A DNA stretch of 64,000 bases from Psammoneis japonica (Eukaryota): NCBI GenBank assembly GCA_008632985.1, contig QPGO01000005.1:951607-1015606 (forward strand), read 5' to 3'. The notes beneath the pieces are model-generated. The model ran no database searches and was not told the origin of the DNA. It saw only the letters and a list, made by a program, of their open reading frames with translations. This document shows positions 1 through 11,691 of the stretch, one piece after another. The position numbers were made by a program, and so were the translations under genes. The stretch's first letter is position 1. Each line of letters opens with the position of its first letter.

Positions 1-2228
1 GAGGCTCATCCCTGACAAGACCATGCGCTGAGGTCTCGCGGGATAGTATAGTTCGACGTCACTCAGCGTGATCTCGCCACGACAAACATCTGGAGAGACA
101 CCGGCATGTCGATGTTTGGACGTCTTTGATGCCTCCGTGCCCATGATCCCGCGATGTTGCGTAAATTCAGAGTGTGTGTGTGCGCCGCCAACATCCACAG
201 ACTCGTCTGTATCCGGCGGCGTCAGACGAGGCTGACGGTTCATAAGCTCAAACACCTTGTCGGCTGCACCAACGGCTTGTGTTAAAGACGAAAAAATGTA
301 CCCAATGCTACCAAAGGCATCCGAAAGTGACTGCAGGTAAAGGAGGAAACTGACTAGCTGACCACTAGTCATATCTCCATTTCGCACCAAAAGCCCACCA
401 TAAAATAAAACCAGTGCAGTGACCAATTGCGGCAATGCCGTAACACACGTACAATACCCAAAGTAGGCAACAGCAGAACGTAGGTTCAAAGACAGATATT
501 TTTCCATGCATTTGTGGAATTCATTCAACTCTCCTTCTCCAGCATCGAACGCTCGAACTGTGGACATGGATCCGATTGCCGCTTCGCTTACAGAGTTGCC
601 ATCCGCCAGTTTCTTCTGCATTAGCTTTGTAAGACTTCGGACGAAGTTGCCATACCACTTGCTAAGGACCGTGATGACCGGAACAGATATGAAGGCCAAG
701 AGTGATAGCTGCCACGACACGACAAACATAAATGCAAGCACGCCCACCGCTTGAACCAAGGATCGAAGAAAGACATTGACGTTGAGCATCACCTGATCCC
801 CCACAAGGGTAGTATCACTACTGAGACGACTTGTAATGTCTCCCGTCTTCGTCACGTCAAAGAAACCGATATCTTGCGTGAGAAGGGCGTCCATTAACTT
901 CAAACGCAACCTGACGTTGACACGACCTCCAACCTTGAGAAAAATTATGGCAAAATAAGATACGAGCTGCCTTGAGAGATGATTGCTTTCTTTCGGATAG
1001 TACATGCAAAACAACATCACGTACCACTGTGAAAATGGAACCACGAATTCCGGAGAACAACCCACATAGGATTGACGCTATCACGAGTTTCTCAATATTT
1101 GACACAAATCCTGGAACCTCCCATATCGGAGGTCTCTTTTCGTCATCATCTTGGCCGGCAAAGGTTTCTGCCAACGAATCCAAAATGTTTCCAGTGAATT
1201 TTGGTATGTAGATTTGCGCCAAGGCTGCCAAGAGCAAAAAAATGAATGCCAGAGCAATAAGATGAATTTGTGGTATGCACAACTTCAAAAGATCCGACCA
1301 TTTAGCCTTGTATGTGGTATCACTGGTTATATCGCTGACCCCTCGTGCGTCGCCATTCCTGCTATTGTCTGCGCCCTCTTCCAAATCATCTTCTTGTTCT
1401 TCGTCGTCCTCGTGCAAGGAAGGCGTTTGTGACGACAAGAGGGGAATACTCAAATTTGACCCGATTCGATGCATCCAATTTGTACTACTGCTGTCTCGTC
1501 GTATTGACTGCCCACGTTCGCGTGCAAGATTTGTCATGGAGTCGAGATATACCGGAATGATTGTGGAGAACACGGCAGTTTGGCCTAACGCCAACCAGAA
1601 GAGCCCGTGTGGTGGTGATTTCTCAGAGGACAGTTCTTGATCAAGACGTGACAGGCACTTGGTTATACTCCACAATCCTGCAACGAGACTGACAAATTCA
1701 CACGGAAATGCATTTCGTGCAGTATACCGGCGAAACCAAGGACAGCACGGTTCTTCCAAAGCTTCGTCTTCAAGTTCCTCCCTACTCTTGCGTTCGCCAT
1801 TAGGATGATACAAGTCGAATGGTGATTCTGGTGATTCGTCACTGTAATACGAACGTATCAGCGCAAATGTGGCACAAAGAAATCGAAAACACGACAGTAT
1901 AGCAAGGTCCGACAGGGATCCATACACGGTATAATGATTGTTCCCGATAGTTCCTTCGTGGTTCGAGAAACTAGCGAAATGAATGAAGGTAGAGAAAGCG
2001 GCTGTGAGGATGGTATGTTGTGACTTTCACGAACAAGCTACACTCTGTCGATCCGAATGGAGAACATTCTTACAATGGAAGTAGCCTTGTCAAAAGTAAA
2101 ACAGACAGTACAACGTCCAATCCGAGGACACTGAGGAACAGCCACAATTTCCACATTTTCTTCTTGATGTCTCCATCGTATTCATCTCCGATGTTGTCCG
2201 TAGGATTAGCTGAGTTCTCACGACACAT
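1..2228 (-). CDS. ABCB-family half-size ABC transporter (TAP/ABCB9-like), 5' part; runs off the window start
   Basis: Exons 2228-2074, 1970-1025 and 933-<1, joined in frame by GT-AG introns. Translation has the ABC transmembrane-domain motifs 'RLKLMDALLTQDIGFFDVTKTGDITSRLSSDT' and 'LTQAVGAADKVFELM', and the NBD start 'DVELYYPARPQRMVLSGMSL'. Confidence 0.9.
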
Positions 2229-2739
2229 GTCCGCACGTAATGAGGTCGTCTGCAACTGAAATGTGAATTGAGAATGAAAACGGACTTTGTAATGTGTCGC
2301 CGACCCGTCAACTATCGTCGAACAGCTGCCAGCAACAACTAACAAAGCACAGCATCGTGCATCGTCATGCCATGCAGCTCCACGTTTCACAGCGCGCATG
2401 CGCCGCACAGACACAACCTCACTCTGCGGGGGCGGGCGGGGGGGTTCAGCAGTCAGCAGCCAGAACGACAAAACCAGCGACATCCTTAATGTTGCCACTG
2501 TTCAACACGACGCTTGCTCCCCCCGACACCACTTGCGCTCTTAAAAATAGAAACTAAGAGCCACGTGTGTTTTTGATGGCACGCACAATGCAATTCACTC
2601 AAATGGTGAGCTGACACAAAGCACAAAGCCAGAAAAAGACCCGCTGAAGAGAGGGCGCTGTTTTGCTGAAACTGCCGAGCAAAGACGCGCGCGGCATTGT
2701 CAAGCCAGTGCCTCCATGTGGTTGCCCACAATTTTCAGA

Positions 2740-5100
2740 GGACAGCAGCAAAGGATCGGGAAGATGCCTTGGATGTGAAGAGTTGCTTGTGGCCATTCTC
2801 AGTGACCTTCTTCAGTCCAGAGCAGTGGCATGAGAGCGCCTTGGGCTGTCGTCGCTTGCTGTCAAACCAACCCAGCAGGAGGTGACTCCATGCCTTCCAC
2901 ACAACAACTGACGCCACATGATCAGTCGCTTGGCTGACCCCAATGTTGACATCTGTCTGATGGCAGAACACCTCTTGGATTCCTTGATGTCTGCCATGTG
3001 AGAGTTTGTTGCTCTGTGGAGCAGCCCACCCTCCACCACCATCATCAACGTGTGACCAGACAGTCTCCAATGATGCACAAAATGGCTCAGCATCTCAAAG
3101 ACAATTGGTCTTTGTGCAGATTGGCACTGGGCAGTGTTCAACATTGTCTTCATGATGCCAATCCTTGGAGTTGCTTTGACAGAAATTAAGCAAATCCACT
3201 GTCTCGGAATCCACTTTCTCCAAAGGACCCCTTTGTCATCCTTTAAAATGGAAGGGTGGAAGTGGTCAAAGCCAATGCATTCGCAGTTGCCAGGAGATTC
3301 AGGCAGTGTGCAAGAGTTCCCAAAAAGGTGGTGCATGGCGGGACACCTCTCTCACACTGTTGCTTGTCACATTGTCACTTCCATGTGGCCTCCTCTTTCT
3401 GGCACAAGGAAGGTGATGACAACCACACCTCTTTTGATCAGCAGCATCAACAAAGTCTTTCATGCTTTTTGCACTCCTCTTTGTCATGGCAGATTGAGAC
3501 ACAAAAGCACAGCTGGGCGCTGCTGCAATGGCTCCTCTGAGGATCTTGCTTCTTGCACTTGGGCAAGGGTGTGGATGGTTCATCCATCATTGTTGCTGCC
3601 AGAGGCAGCGGGGCGCCAAAGCTGACAGATGTGCCAGTGGTGATGGGCTCCCATCAATTGGAGCTGAAGAGAAGAAAATGGTCAGCGTCAATGCTTCCTG
3701 AGCCCATTGAAAGCATGTGACACAGGATGTGACTTGCCCAGTGTGAGGCTCTCAGCATCTGTTGTTGAGAGCACAAGTGGTGTCAGGGAGAGCAAGCATC
3801 TTGCCAAACAGCAGTGACATCAAAAAGAAGAGGCTTGTCAGAGGGGCCATGTTTTTTTTTGTCACAGCAACTCAGCATCCAGGTTCTGCACACAACAAAA
3901 GCTGCGGGTGGCTGTGTGCACTCGGAAATGCAAAATGACTGCATTGGAAGCATGTTGCTGAGCAGTGCAGTGCAAAAGAAAGAAGCAATGCAAGAAATCT
4001 CACACATTGTCTGAGTGACTGCTGGCTGGGATGTGGCAACCATTTCAAAGGTGTCTGCCTTTGCTTCTTGGATTTTTGGCTGAAAAAGGGTGTTTGTCAC
4101 CAATGTGGACAGCGGTCACCATGAATCCTTGCCCATGCCTCCAACCACTCAAGTGAGCCAATCTCACACTGATGGCTCCAACAGCCAGAACCACTCCTCT
4201 GACTCATTTGTGCAAGATGCCTGTGAGTTGAATGATGTTGTGCTTTCCCTTGAGATGTTTCAGTTGACAGCTCTCCAGCAACTGGAAACCTCTTGTTTGA
4301 TGATGACGATCATGGCTGCATGTGCAAAAATGATGACCCACATGACAGGCCCTCTCCTCTGCCATTTGTTGAAAGTGGCTCTGACAACAAGGACAAGGGT
4401 GCTGCTGAGCCTGCCTTTGATGTGCATGAGAAGACTGGAATCTTGAAGATTTTAAGATCCAAGCTTTGGTGCTGCAAGCAACTCAGAGCTGTGTGATTGC
4501 ATGGCTGGCACCTCTGCTGGTTCAACATTCATTGAAGATCTTGTTGCATGCAACCCAAGGGTGGATGACATGGTCATGTGAGGCAAAGGAGGCCTTCAGC
4601 AAAAAGATTGGAGAAATGACAACAAATCTCCAAAACGTGTTCTTCTGTCAATGGGCTGATGAGCACTGCTTCAAGTTGCTCACATTGGAGGTCAGACATG
4701 TCCAGGAAAATGTTTGACACACAAGCTTTTGAGTTGGGAGAGGATGATTGCCTGTTCCTTGTCATTGCAGCAGACACATTTTTTCCCTGAGGAGTCTGAG
4801 TTCGCACAGGTTCTCATGACAAAGTTTTGAGGGTGTCTGGTGAGACAGTGCTCAATTTTTTTACAGTGCTGGCACTGCAAGCATGCAATGCATCCTTGGC
4901 TGTGTGGGTGTTGGTGGATCCTGAAGGGCTGTTCAACAAATCCAATCTTGACCAGAGGTGCATGTCCAAGCAGGGGTGGGGGTTGCAACATGGGAAGCAA
5001 CAGCAAAGCACGACACAGAGAGTGAGACTTGCCAAGAAAACCTGTTGATCACACTCTCTGTGATTGCCCACTGGCCTGTTCCAGCCCCAGGTGATGAGCA
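2740..5100 (+). pseudogene. Possible decayed Dicer-like / RNase III-helicase gene
   Basis: Fragmentary motifs in plausible order across frameshifts: 'EDALDVKSC' + 'LVAILSDLLQSRAVA*' (helicase motifs V/VI-like, 2760-2835), 'LSPKDPFVIL' (~3213-3243), 'SHDKVLRVSGETVLNF' (RNase III signature-like, ~4812-4860). Weak similarity only. Confidence 0.3.
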
Positions 5101-7099
5101 ATCCATGACGTGAAAGAAGGCCAATTTGCTGTGCAGTTCAGCACATGAAACTCCCTCAAATTTGATCCTTTCAAAAATTGAAAGTGAGTGTGCAAAAAAA
5201 AAAGAGTTTTGTGCATGCTCACCCATGAGAATGTGTTGAAAGGACTCAAATGATCCCAAGGTTGACACAATCTTGCCAACTTGCTTGATGTTTGTTGAAG
5301 TCAGTCCAAGAATGAGAAACAACAAGGACGTGCCCCATTTTCAAAACAGCGCAGACAATGGCGATGGTGTTGCTGGCATTGGCGGGCATTTGGGGGGGGG
5401 GTTCTTTCTTGAGCTCAAGACCAGAGACAGCAGAGCTCAGCAAAAGGAGTGAAAGGTCTTGAAACATGTTCAAGGCAGTCAGAAACATGTGTTGGTTAAC
5501 ACCATGGACAATGAACTCAGATGTTGCATCACAAAAGCCAGCAGTGCACTCTAGAACTTGCATCACATCATGTGCCAAAGCTGCCAGCATGCACTGCACA
5601 TCAATGGATCAGAGCAGAGGGAGTGGCAGTTCAAGGGACTTCGGTGCAGCATCATTCTGAGCTGTGCAAGAGGCATGTGCAGCATGACATGTCAAAGACA
5701 CACATGATGACTGTGCCTTGCTTGGGCCTGTGTCCCCCATGAGCTGAGAGCAGGAGAAAAGAAACAGACTTGGAAAGTGGTTGGACACCACATGGACAGC
5801 AACCACACATGCACTGATTGGGCCTGCATCATCTTCGCAAATGCCCTGGCTTGCTGGAAGGCACTGCTCAGCTCACAATTGTCTCTCTTTCTGAGCCACA
5901 AAATTGCTCCTTTCATTGCTGCATGGTGGAGTCATCTAAAAAATGGATCAGCAGAGGCTGCCACATCTTGCCAACAAGCTGCAAGTGCCGCACATCTGTG
6001 CAATGTTCACTCCAACCAAAATTGAACAGTGTGGAAGTGAAGAGAACTTCCAAAACCAGACAAACCAGCAGATCCATTCCATTGTTGGAAGCTGTTGCAT
6101 CTGTGGCCACAATGTGAACGATGCTTCACCCCAATTCTGTGACAGATCTCCTGTGTGAGAGAAACATTTGAGCTGAAGATGCAAGTGTTGAAGCAATTCT
6201 GTCTGGTTGCAAGGCCATTGTTGGGAACAAAGATGCTGCTGTGGAGATGGACCCCACCTCTTCAACCATGGCATGGGTGCCAACACAACACCACAAAAGT
6301 GCATGGACAGAGCTGTTGCTGCAGGCACTTCAAACAAATGGCTGTGCAAGTGCAACAAACCTGTGTGGCAGCAACAAGAATGCACAAGATGGGTGTCAGA
6401 TGACACAAGATGTTCAAAAGGGAATGTGCAATGTGCACAACAAAGACAGCTGGCTTCTGTGCCAGGTGGCGCACATGCATTTCTGCAACAACTCACCACA
6501 CCAGCAAAGGAGAAAGCATGCAAGGGGTTGCCATGGACCCCATCATTTGCTGTTTGCAGCTGTGACAAAATGCACCAAGCCAAGCTGCGCATGGATTCTC
6601 CATGTCAAACTTGGCCAACACAAGCCAACAGAAAAAGAAGAAAGAACCCAGCACAGAGCAAAGCAAAGCATCTTCACTGTGAAGCTGGTTGTTGTGAGTG
6701 CACATCTCCATTGTGGACACAGCATGGATCTGCAGAGACAAACAAACATGCACAGCCCCAGTTTTTACAACAACTCATTGCATCCCAAGCAAGAGTTGTT
6801 TCTTCCTCCAAGAAACACACCCTTGCTTGCTGTGTGCTCCCTTTGCACTTTGGCTGGTTGCCACAACAAATGTCTCATGCAGCCCTGGTGTGGACATGCA
6901 AAAAATTGCTTCAGAGTTGCTTGTCAACAAGGGTGGTGAACACTGCACAAATTTTGAGGCGATTGTTTGGAGCAACACAGGTTCCTCCTCTCTCTCTACA
7001 TTGCAGCACACTCTCTGTCCCAGACACTGCCACACACATCATCTTGCACAGCACAACAAGGGACCGCCATTGTGGAAGCAGCCACAACAAATGTGACCC

Positions 7100-7900
7100 A
7101 ACAATTGAGTGGTGCTTGCATCAACTGTGAGAACAATCCCAGTTGCACCCCCATGCCGGACTGCAGAACTTGGCATTAAATTTCATGAGCACAAAATTTG
7201 TTGGTGTTGCTTTGTCCTGAATTCCAGGGAGTGCCCAGGCATTGTGGTGGGGACGCGGGTGCAAGTTCTTCATCAACCATGGCCTTCAGTGTGAGAAGGG
7301 TGGTCCAGTCATGACACAACACGTGAGAAGTGCATGTGACAACCCAAGCAACCTGCTGGTTGGAAAGGCTTGCAACAAGCCTTCCTGGTGCATGCACAGC
7401 TGGCTTCTTGTCAACCCACTGGTCACGTGCATCTTGGAAAGCCCAAGCAACTCCACCAGCCCCTCAGGCAACACAAACTCCAACACACCCAAGGAACATG
7501 GTGGCCATGGAAGTGTTCCAGCCTGCCAATTTTTTGGCAGAGGGACAGACATGGTGACAGACATTCAAGCTCCAGATGTGGATGCAAAGTCATGCCCACC
7601 CAAGACACTGGAGCAATTCCAGCAGACCACGAACATGAGAAAAAGTGCAAGCATCTCAAGCCTTGCCTTGAGCAACATCATCATTGTGCTCCCTTTGCAG
7701 TGTGCCACATGATGGGCTGCTTTGCAAAGAAGCCACCAAAGTGGCGCTTTGCATGATCTCTTCAAGACTGGCCAACAAGTGGCAAAAGCCATGTTTGGAG
7801 GTGTGTGGCTGCATCAATGTGAGAATGAGCATCACAGCAGTGTGGGGGCACCCCCCATCATTGGCTCCAGGCACCCCCAGCAGGAGGATGGCAGCACTGG
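7100..7900 (+). mobile_element. Decayed 3' fragment of a non-LTR retrotransposon with CCHC finger and restriction-like endonuclease (CRE/R2-type)
   Basis: 'GCKFFINHGLQCEKGGPVMTQH', 'GRGTDMVTDIQAPDVDAKSC', 'EHEKKCKHLKPCLEQHHHCAPF' and 'SRLANKWQKPCLEVCGCINVRMSI' match the C-terminal pattern EREKKRKY..PCLEQRRHF.PF / LA.KWQKPYS.VCGYV..RMSI once Y->C/H and R->C/H/Q are reversed. Confidence 0.7.
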
Positions 7901-8269
7901 TTTGTCCCTTTGCAGACACCAAGGGATCATGCTTGAGTTGGGTTCCACCCATCAAGACAGAGTGCTGCCTCATGGACTGCGGAGATTTGGAAAAATTGGA
8001 CACACTGTCCATCCGTCACCATGCATCCAAGGTGAAAATCAGACGTGGTGCAAGTTGCTGGCTGGAGTGTGGTGAGTCGGCCGCAATGCTAAAAAGAAGA
8101 CACTGTTGTGCCACATTGTCAAAAGAATGTAGAGACAAGAGATCACCATCATCACGACACACGTTGACAATCTAAAGCACTGGTTTTTAAACATGCAATT
8201 GCATTGAAACCCCCAAGCAATCTCTCCACGAGTCGTCACCAGTCATCTCAAGATCCCGCTGCCGACGGT

Positions 8270-9655
8270 TGGTGTGTTGCACAGGCTCCAACCACTGCCA
8301 GTGCCAGCAGCAAAAAGGCTCCCACCACCACCAGACCTGGCATTGCACAAACACTCCAGCTGTTGCCGGTGTCAGCAGCAAAAGGCCTCCCACCATCAGC
8401 AGGGGCACAAAGGCTGCCTCCCACCACCACGAGTGCTGGCAGTGACCAGGCTCCAACCCCGCCACCACATGGCCATCTGTGCAAGCAAACAAAAAGGCTC
8501 CCACCGCCACCAGAGCTGCTGGATGAAAAGGATCCAACCACCTCAATGCACTGGTCAGCAGCACACAGGCTCCCACCACCACCAGTGCTGGTGGCCACAC
8601 ACAGGCTCCCACCGCCACAACCACCACGAGTGCCTGCAGCATGCAGGGGCAGGCATTGCCACCAGACAAAAAGGATCCAACCACCTCAACAGTCAGCACT
8701 GCACAGCCGCCAGACAAAAAGGATCCAATTGCCTCCAGCGCCAACAGTGCAGGCTGGGGCCCTGGCAGCAAAAGGATCCAACCGCCTCCAGCGCCACTGG
8801 CACAGGCTCCCACCGCCACCACTGCCAGTGTCTGTGGCATTCACAGGCTCCCACTTCCACCAGTGCTGCAGCGGTGGCACGCAGGCAGCGCCAGCAGCTG
8901 TGTGGGATGCAGCCTCCCACTGCCACCAGTGCCAGCATCATGCGGGGGTGCCAACCGCCACCAGACAAAAAAGATGGTTGTGCACAGGCTCCAACCGCCG
9001 CCAATGCTGGCAAATGTGCAGGACGCAGGCTCGCACTGCCACCAGTGCAGCAGCAGCAGCACACAGGCTGCTGCTGCCACCAGCGCCAGCAGCAAAAGGC
9101 TCCAACTGCCTCCAGTGCCAGCAGCACACAGGATCCCACTGCCACCAGTGCCAGCAGTGACACACAGGCTCCCACTGCAACCGCTGGCCGTGGCAGCAAA
9201 AAAGCTCCAACCACCACCAGCCCCAACAGCACACAGGGGCACCCACCGACACCACATGACAAGGCTCCAAACACCTTGATGGCTGCCAGTGCACAGGCTC
9301 CAACCACCGCCAATGCTGGCAAACACACAGGACACAGGCTCACACCACCACCAGTGCTGCTGCAGCAGCACACAGGCTGCCACTGCTGCCAGCTCTAGCA
9401 GCAAAAGGCTCCAACCGCCTCCAGCGCCAGCAGCACACAGGATCCCACCGCCACCAGTGCCACAGTGGTGGCGACACACAGGATCCCACTGCAACCACTG
9501 GCCAGCAGCAAAGAAGCTCCAACCACCACACCAGCACCAGCATCACACAGGGGTGCCAACCGCCACCAGACAAAAAGGACAGCATCACACAGGCTCCAAC
9601 CACCGCCAGTGCAAAAGCAGCAAAAGGCTCCTGCCACCACCAGTGGGCAGCTCCG
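8270..9655 (+). repeat. Degenerate minisatellite-like array of ~30-40 bp units (core GGCTCC(C/A)ACC(G/A)CCACCAG)
   Basis: Dozens of copies of 'acaggctcccaccgccaccagtgc' / 'aaaaggatccaaccgcctccag'. One frame reads as APT/DPT-Thr/Ser repeats. Confidence 0.85.
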
Positions 9656-11691
9656 AAAAACACAAACACACAAACGCACAAATCTGTGTCTTTTTTTACA
9701 TAGATTTTTTTAGCTGTCCACCTGGGCCGCCAATCTCGATCTTTGTCAGAGCTCGAAAGGGCAAATGGAATCCTGCATTTTTTCATTCGACGCCCAACGA
9801 TGCCACGACAACATTCAGCGCCCACGAAGGCTCATTTGTTGTCACTTTGTGGCGACAAGAAGAGCCTTTGTAGAACGGGGAGCAATGCAATTGATCCCAT
9901 GGGTGTTGTCTTGGCATTGTGGAGCACTTGTGATTGGCTTGTGTTTGATTCTAGACACAGCAAAACCGTGCAGTGGATTTTGCAAACAATGGCAATGGCG
10001 GCCCTGTTGTCATGGGAAAAGGGAAAAATGAACTTTTCCATTGAATCCTCCACATTTATTTTAGTCAGACAAGGTTCTGTCATCACACTCACCTCAACTC
10101 TAGATGCCTTGCGGCTTGCATTTATGATGACACGACAACAGTGCAATTTTTTGCGTGACAAACAATGCGTCGCATTCTGCACATGAGTTGCCACAACTCA
10201 TCTCATCTTTCATGCTGTGGATCACAATCAATCAATGTCATCAACTGTGTTAAGTGGCACAATGATTGATTCATGGAAGTTGCCACAAAAGGGATTCCAA
10301 AGTGCCACTGCGTGTCATGCCCATTTTTGTTGTTGAGATTCCTTCTTGTTCATGTCATGAGACATGAAATCTGGCAGACGTGCCCTCACGTCTTCCAGAT
10401 TCATGTAAAAAAGATGTAAATCCATGTGCTTGTGACCCAATGATTTTGTGTTTTGTCGACATAAATTTGTGTTTTTGTGTTTTCCGGAGCGACCCAGTGC
10501 TGCCACATTCAGCCCTGCCATGACAGTCCAGCCCACAATGGCCCAGTCCATAAATTCATGTTGAAAACAACACCATCAGAGACACCACCAATGAGACAGA
10601 TCTCTTTCAAACTTTCCAACACATTGTCACATCTAGAAGCATGTGCTGTGGCATGGCTGCGGGAACGCACTGAAGACGCCGCCGCCGCATCATCATCGTG
10701 AAAGTGCCGTTTGCGTTGGCTTCACGCAAATTTGAATGAGGCCCAATTGGCGCAACTGCTGTTTCAGCATTGCCCCACACAACATTGCATGCACAGAATC
10801 CTGCACAAGTTTTGTGAATGCATGGAAGGACAGGCCGAGTGCGGCCATTTTTTCAAATCTCCACAGCCCGCCGTCCTCAGACACTGTCAACATCGTGCTC
10901 CCAAGACGACTGCCGATGCAGTGGTTGCGGCACTGGAGAATCTCCGCGCTCTCACTCAAATGCTGCATGTGCACAGATGACAAACTTGTGCATGGCAACA
11001 GCCTCTCACTTGTGCAACTGCATCAACTGCATGATGTGCCTCCCCCCCCCCATTTCGACTTGACGTGTGGTCACAATGCACAAAGCAGCCCCCCCCCAAC
11101 TTCCACCACACCCTGTGCTCAAAGGCGCGACCGCCAACCAGCAAACACACATGCCGTTTCTCACAGATGACTTTCACACCTTCAGGATCTTCGAATTAGG
11201 TGGGGTGCACCGGAGCACAACTTGTGACTACAATCTGTTAAAAGAACGCGACCGCTAACTCGTCTTTCCATCCACCCTGTAATCAGGGAGTGACTGAAAA
11301 ATGACTCTTCTCTTCCAAAATGCCACAATCATAAATAATGGACTTATGCTGGGCTCGATTGTAGGAAAAAGCAATAATGACTATTGACAAAATTTATGTC
11401 GAGGGGCTTGATTGTTTCTAGTTTCTAGTATGAAAAGTGTCTACTTTAAGAAAAGTTATTTCAATCATTAATCCCGTTTTCTTCCTGTGTATAATACCTT
11501 ATATTCAACAATGAAATAAGTGGATTATCACAGCCAGTCATTCTTACATAATAACGGAGACTATGGATGCCAGCTTGGTCATTCATTGTCAAATAATAGG
11601 CCCTCACTATTTCTGTGCTCGTTCGCCTTGTTTTCACACAAAACAAACGCACCGCACTTGTCCCACTGTGTGAGGGATTTGATGCATCAAG

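Larger units (their letters stand above)
2345..11250. other. Hypermutated block A: TpA- and CpG-depleted, TpG/CpA-rich decayed repeats
   Basis: Manual count 3001-3300: 2 TpA and 3 CpG, versus 10 and 10 in genic 30001-30300. ORFs are Cys/His-rich and nearly Tyr-free. Confidence 0.9.

Noticed and set aside
5400..6700. MULE/MuDR transposase with SWIM finger ('WKVVGHHMDSNHTC', 'CSCDK…PC')
   Set aside because: Motifs are too short, and Cys/His are artificially abundant here, so the call is unsupported.
2560..11200. Cys/His-rich ORFs as real metal-binding proteins, or an alternative genetic code
   Set aside because: They occur in all frames and follow from TpA/CpG loss. Neighbouring genes use Tyr and TAA/TAG stops normally.
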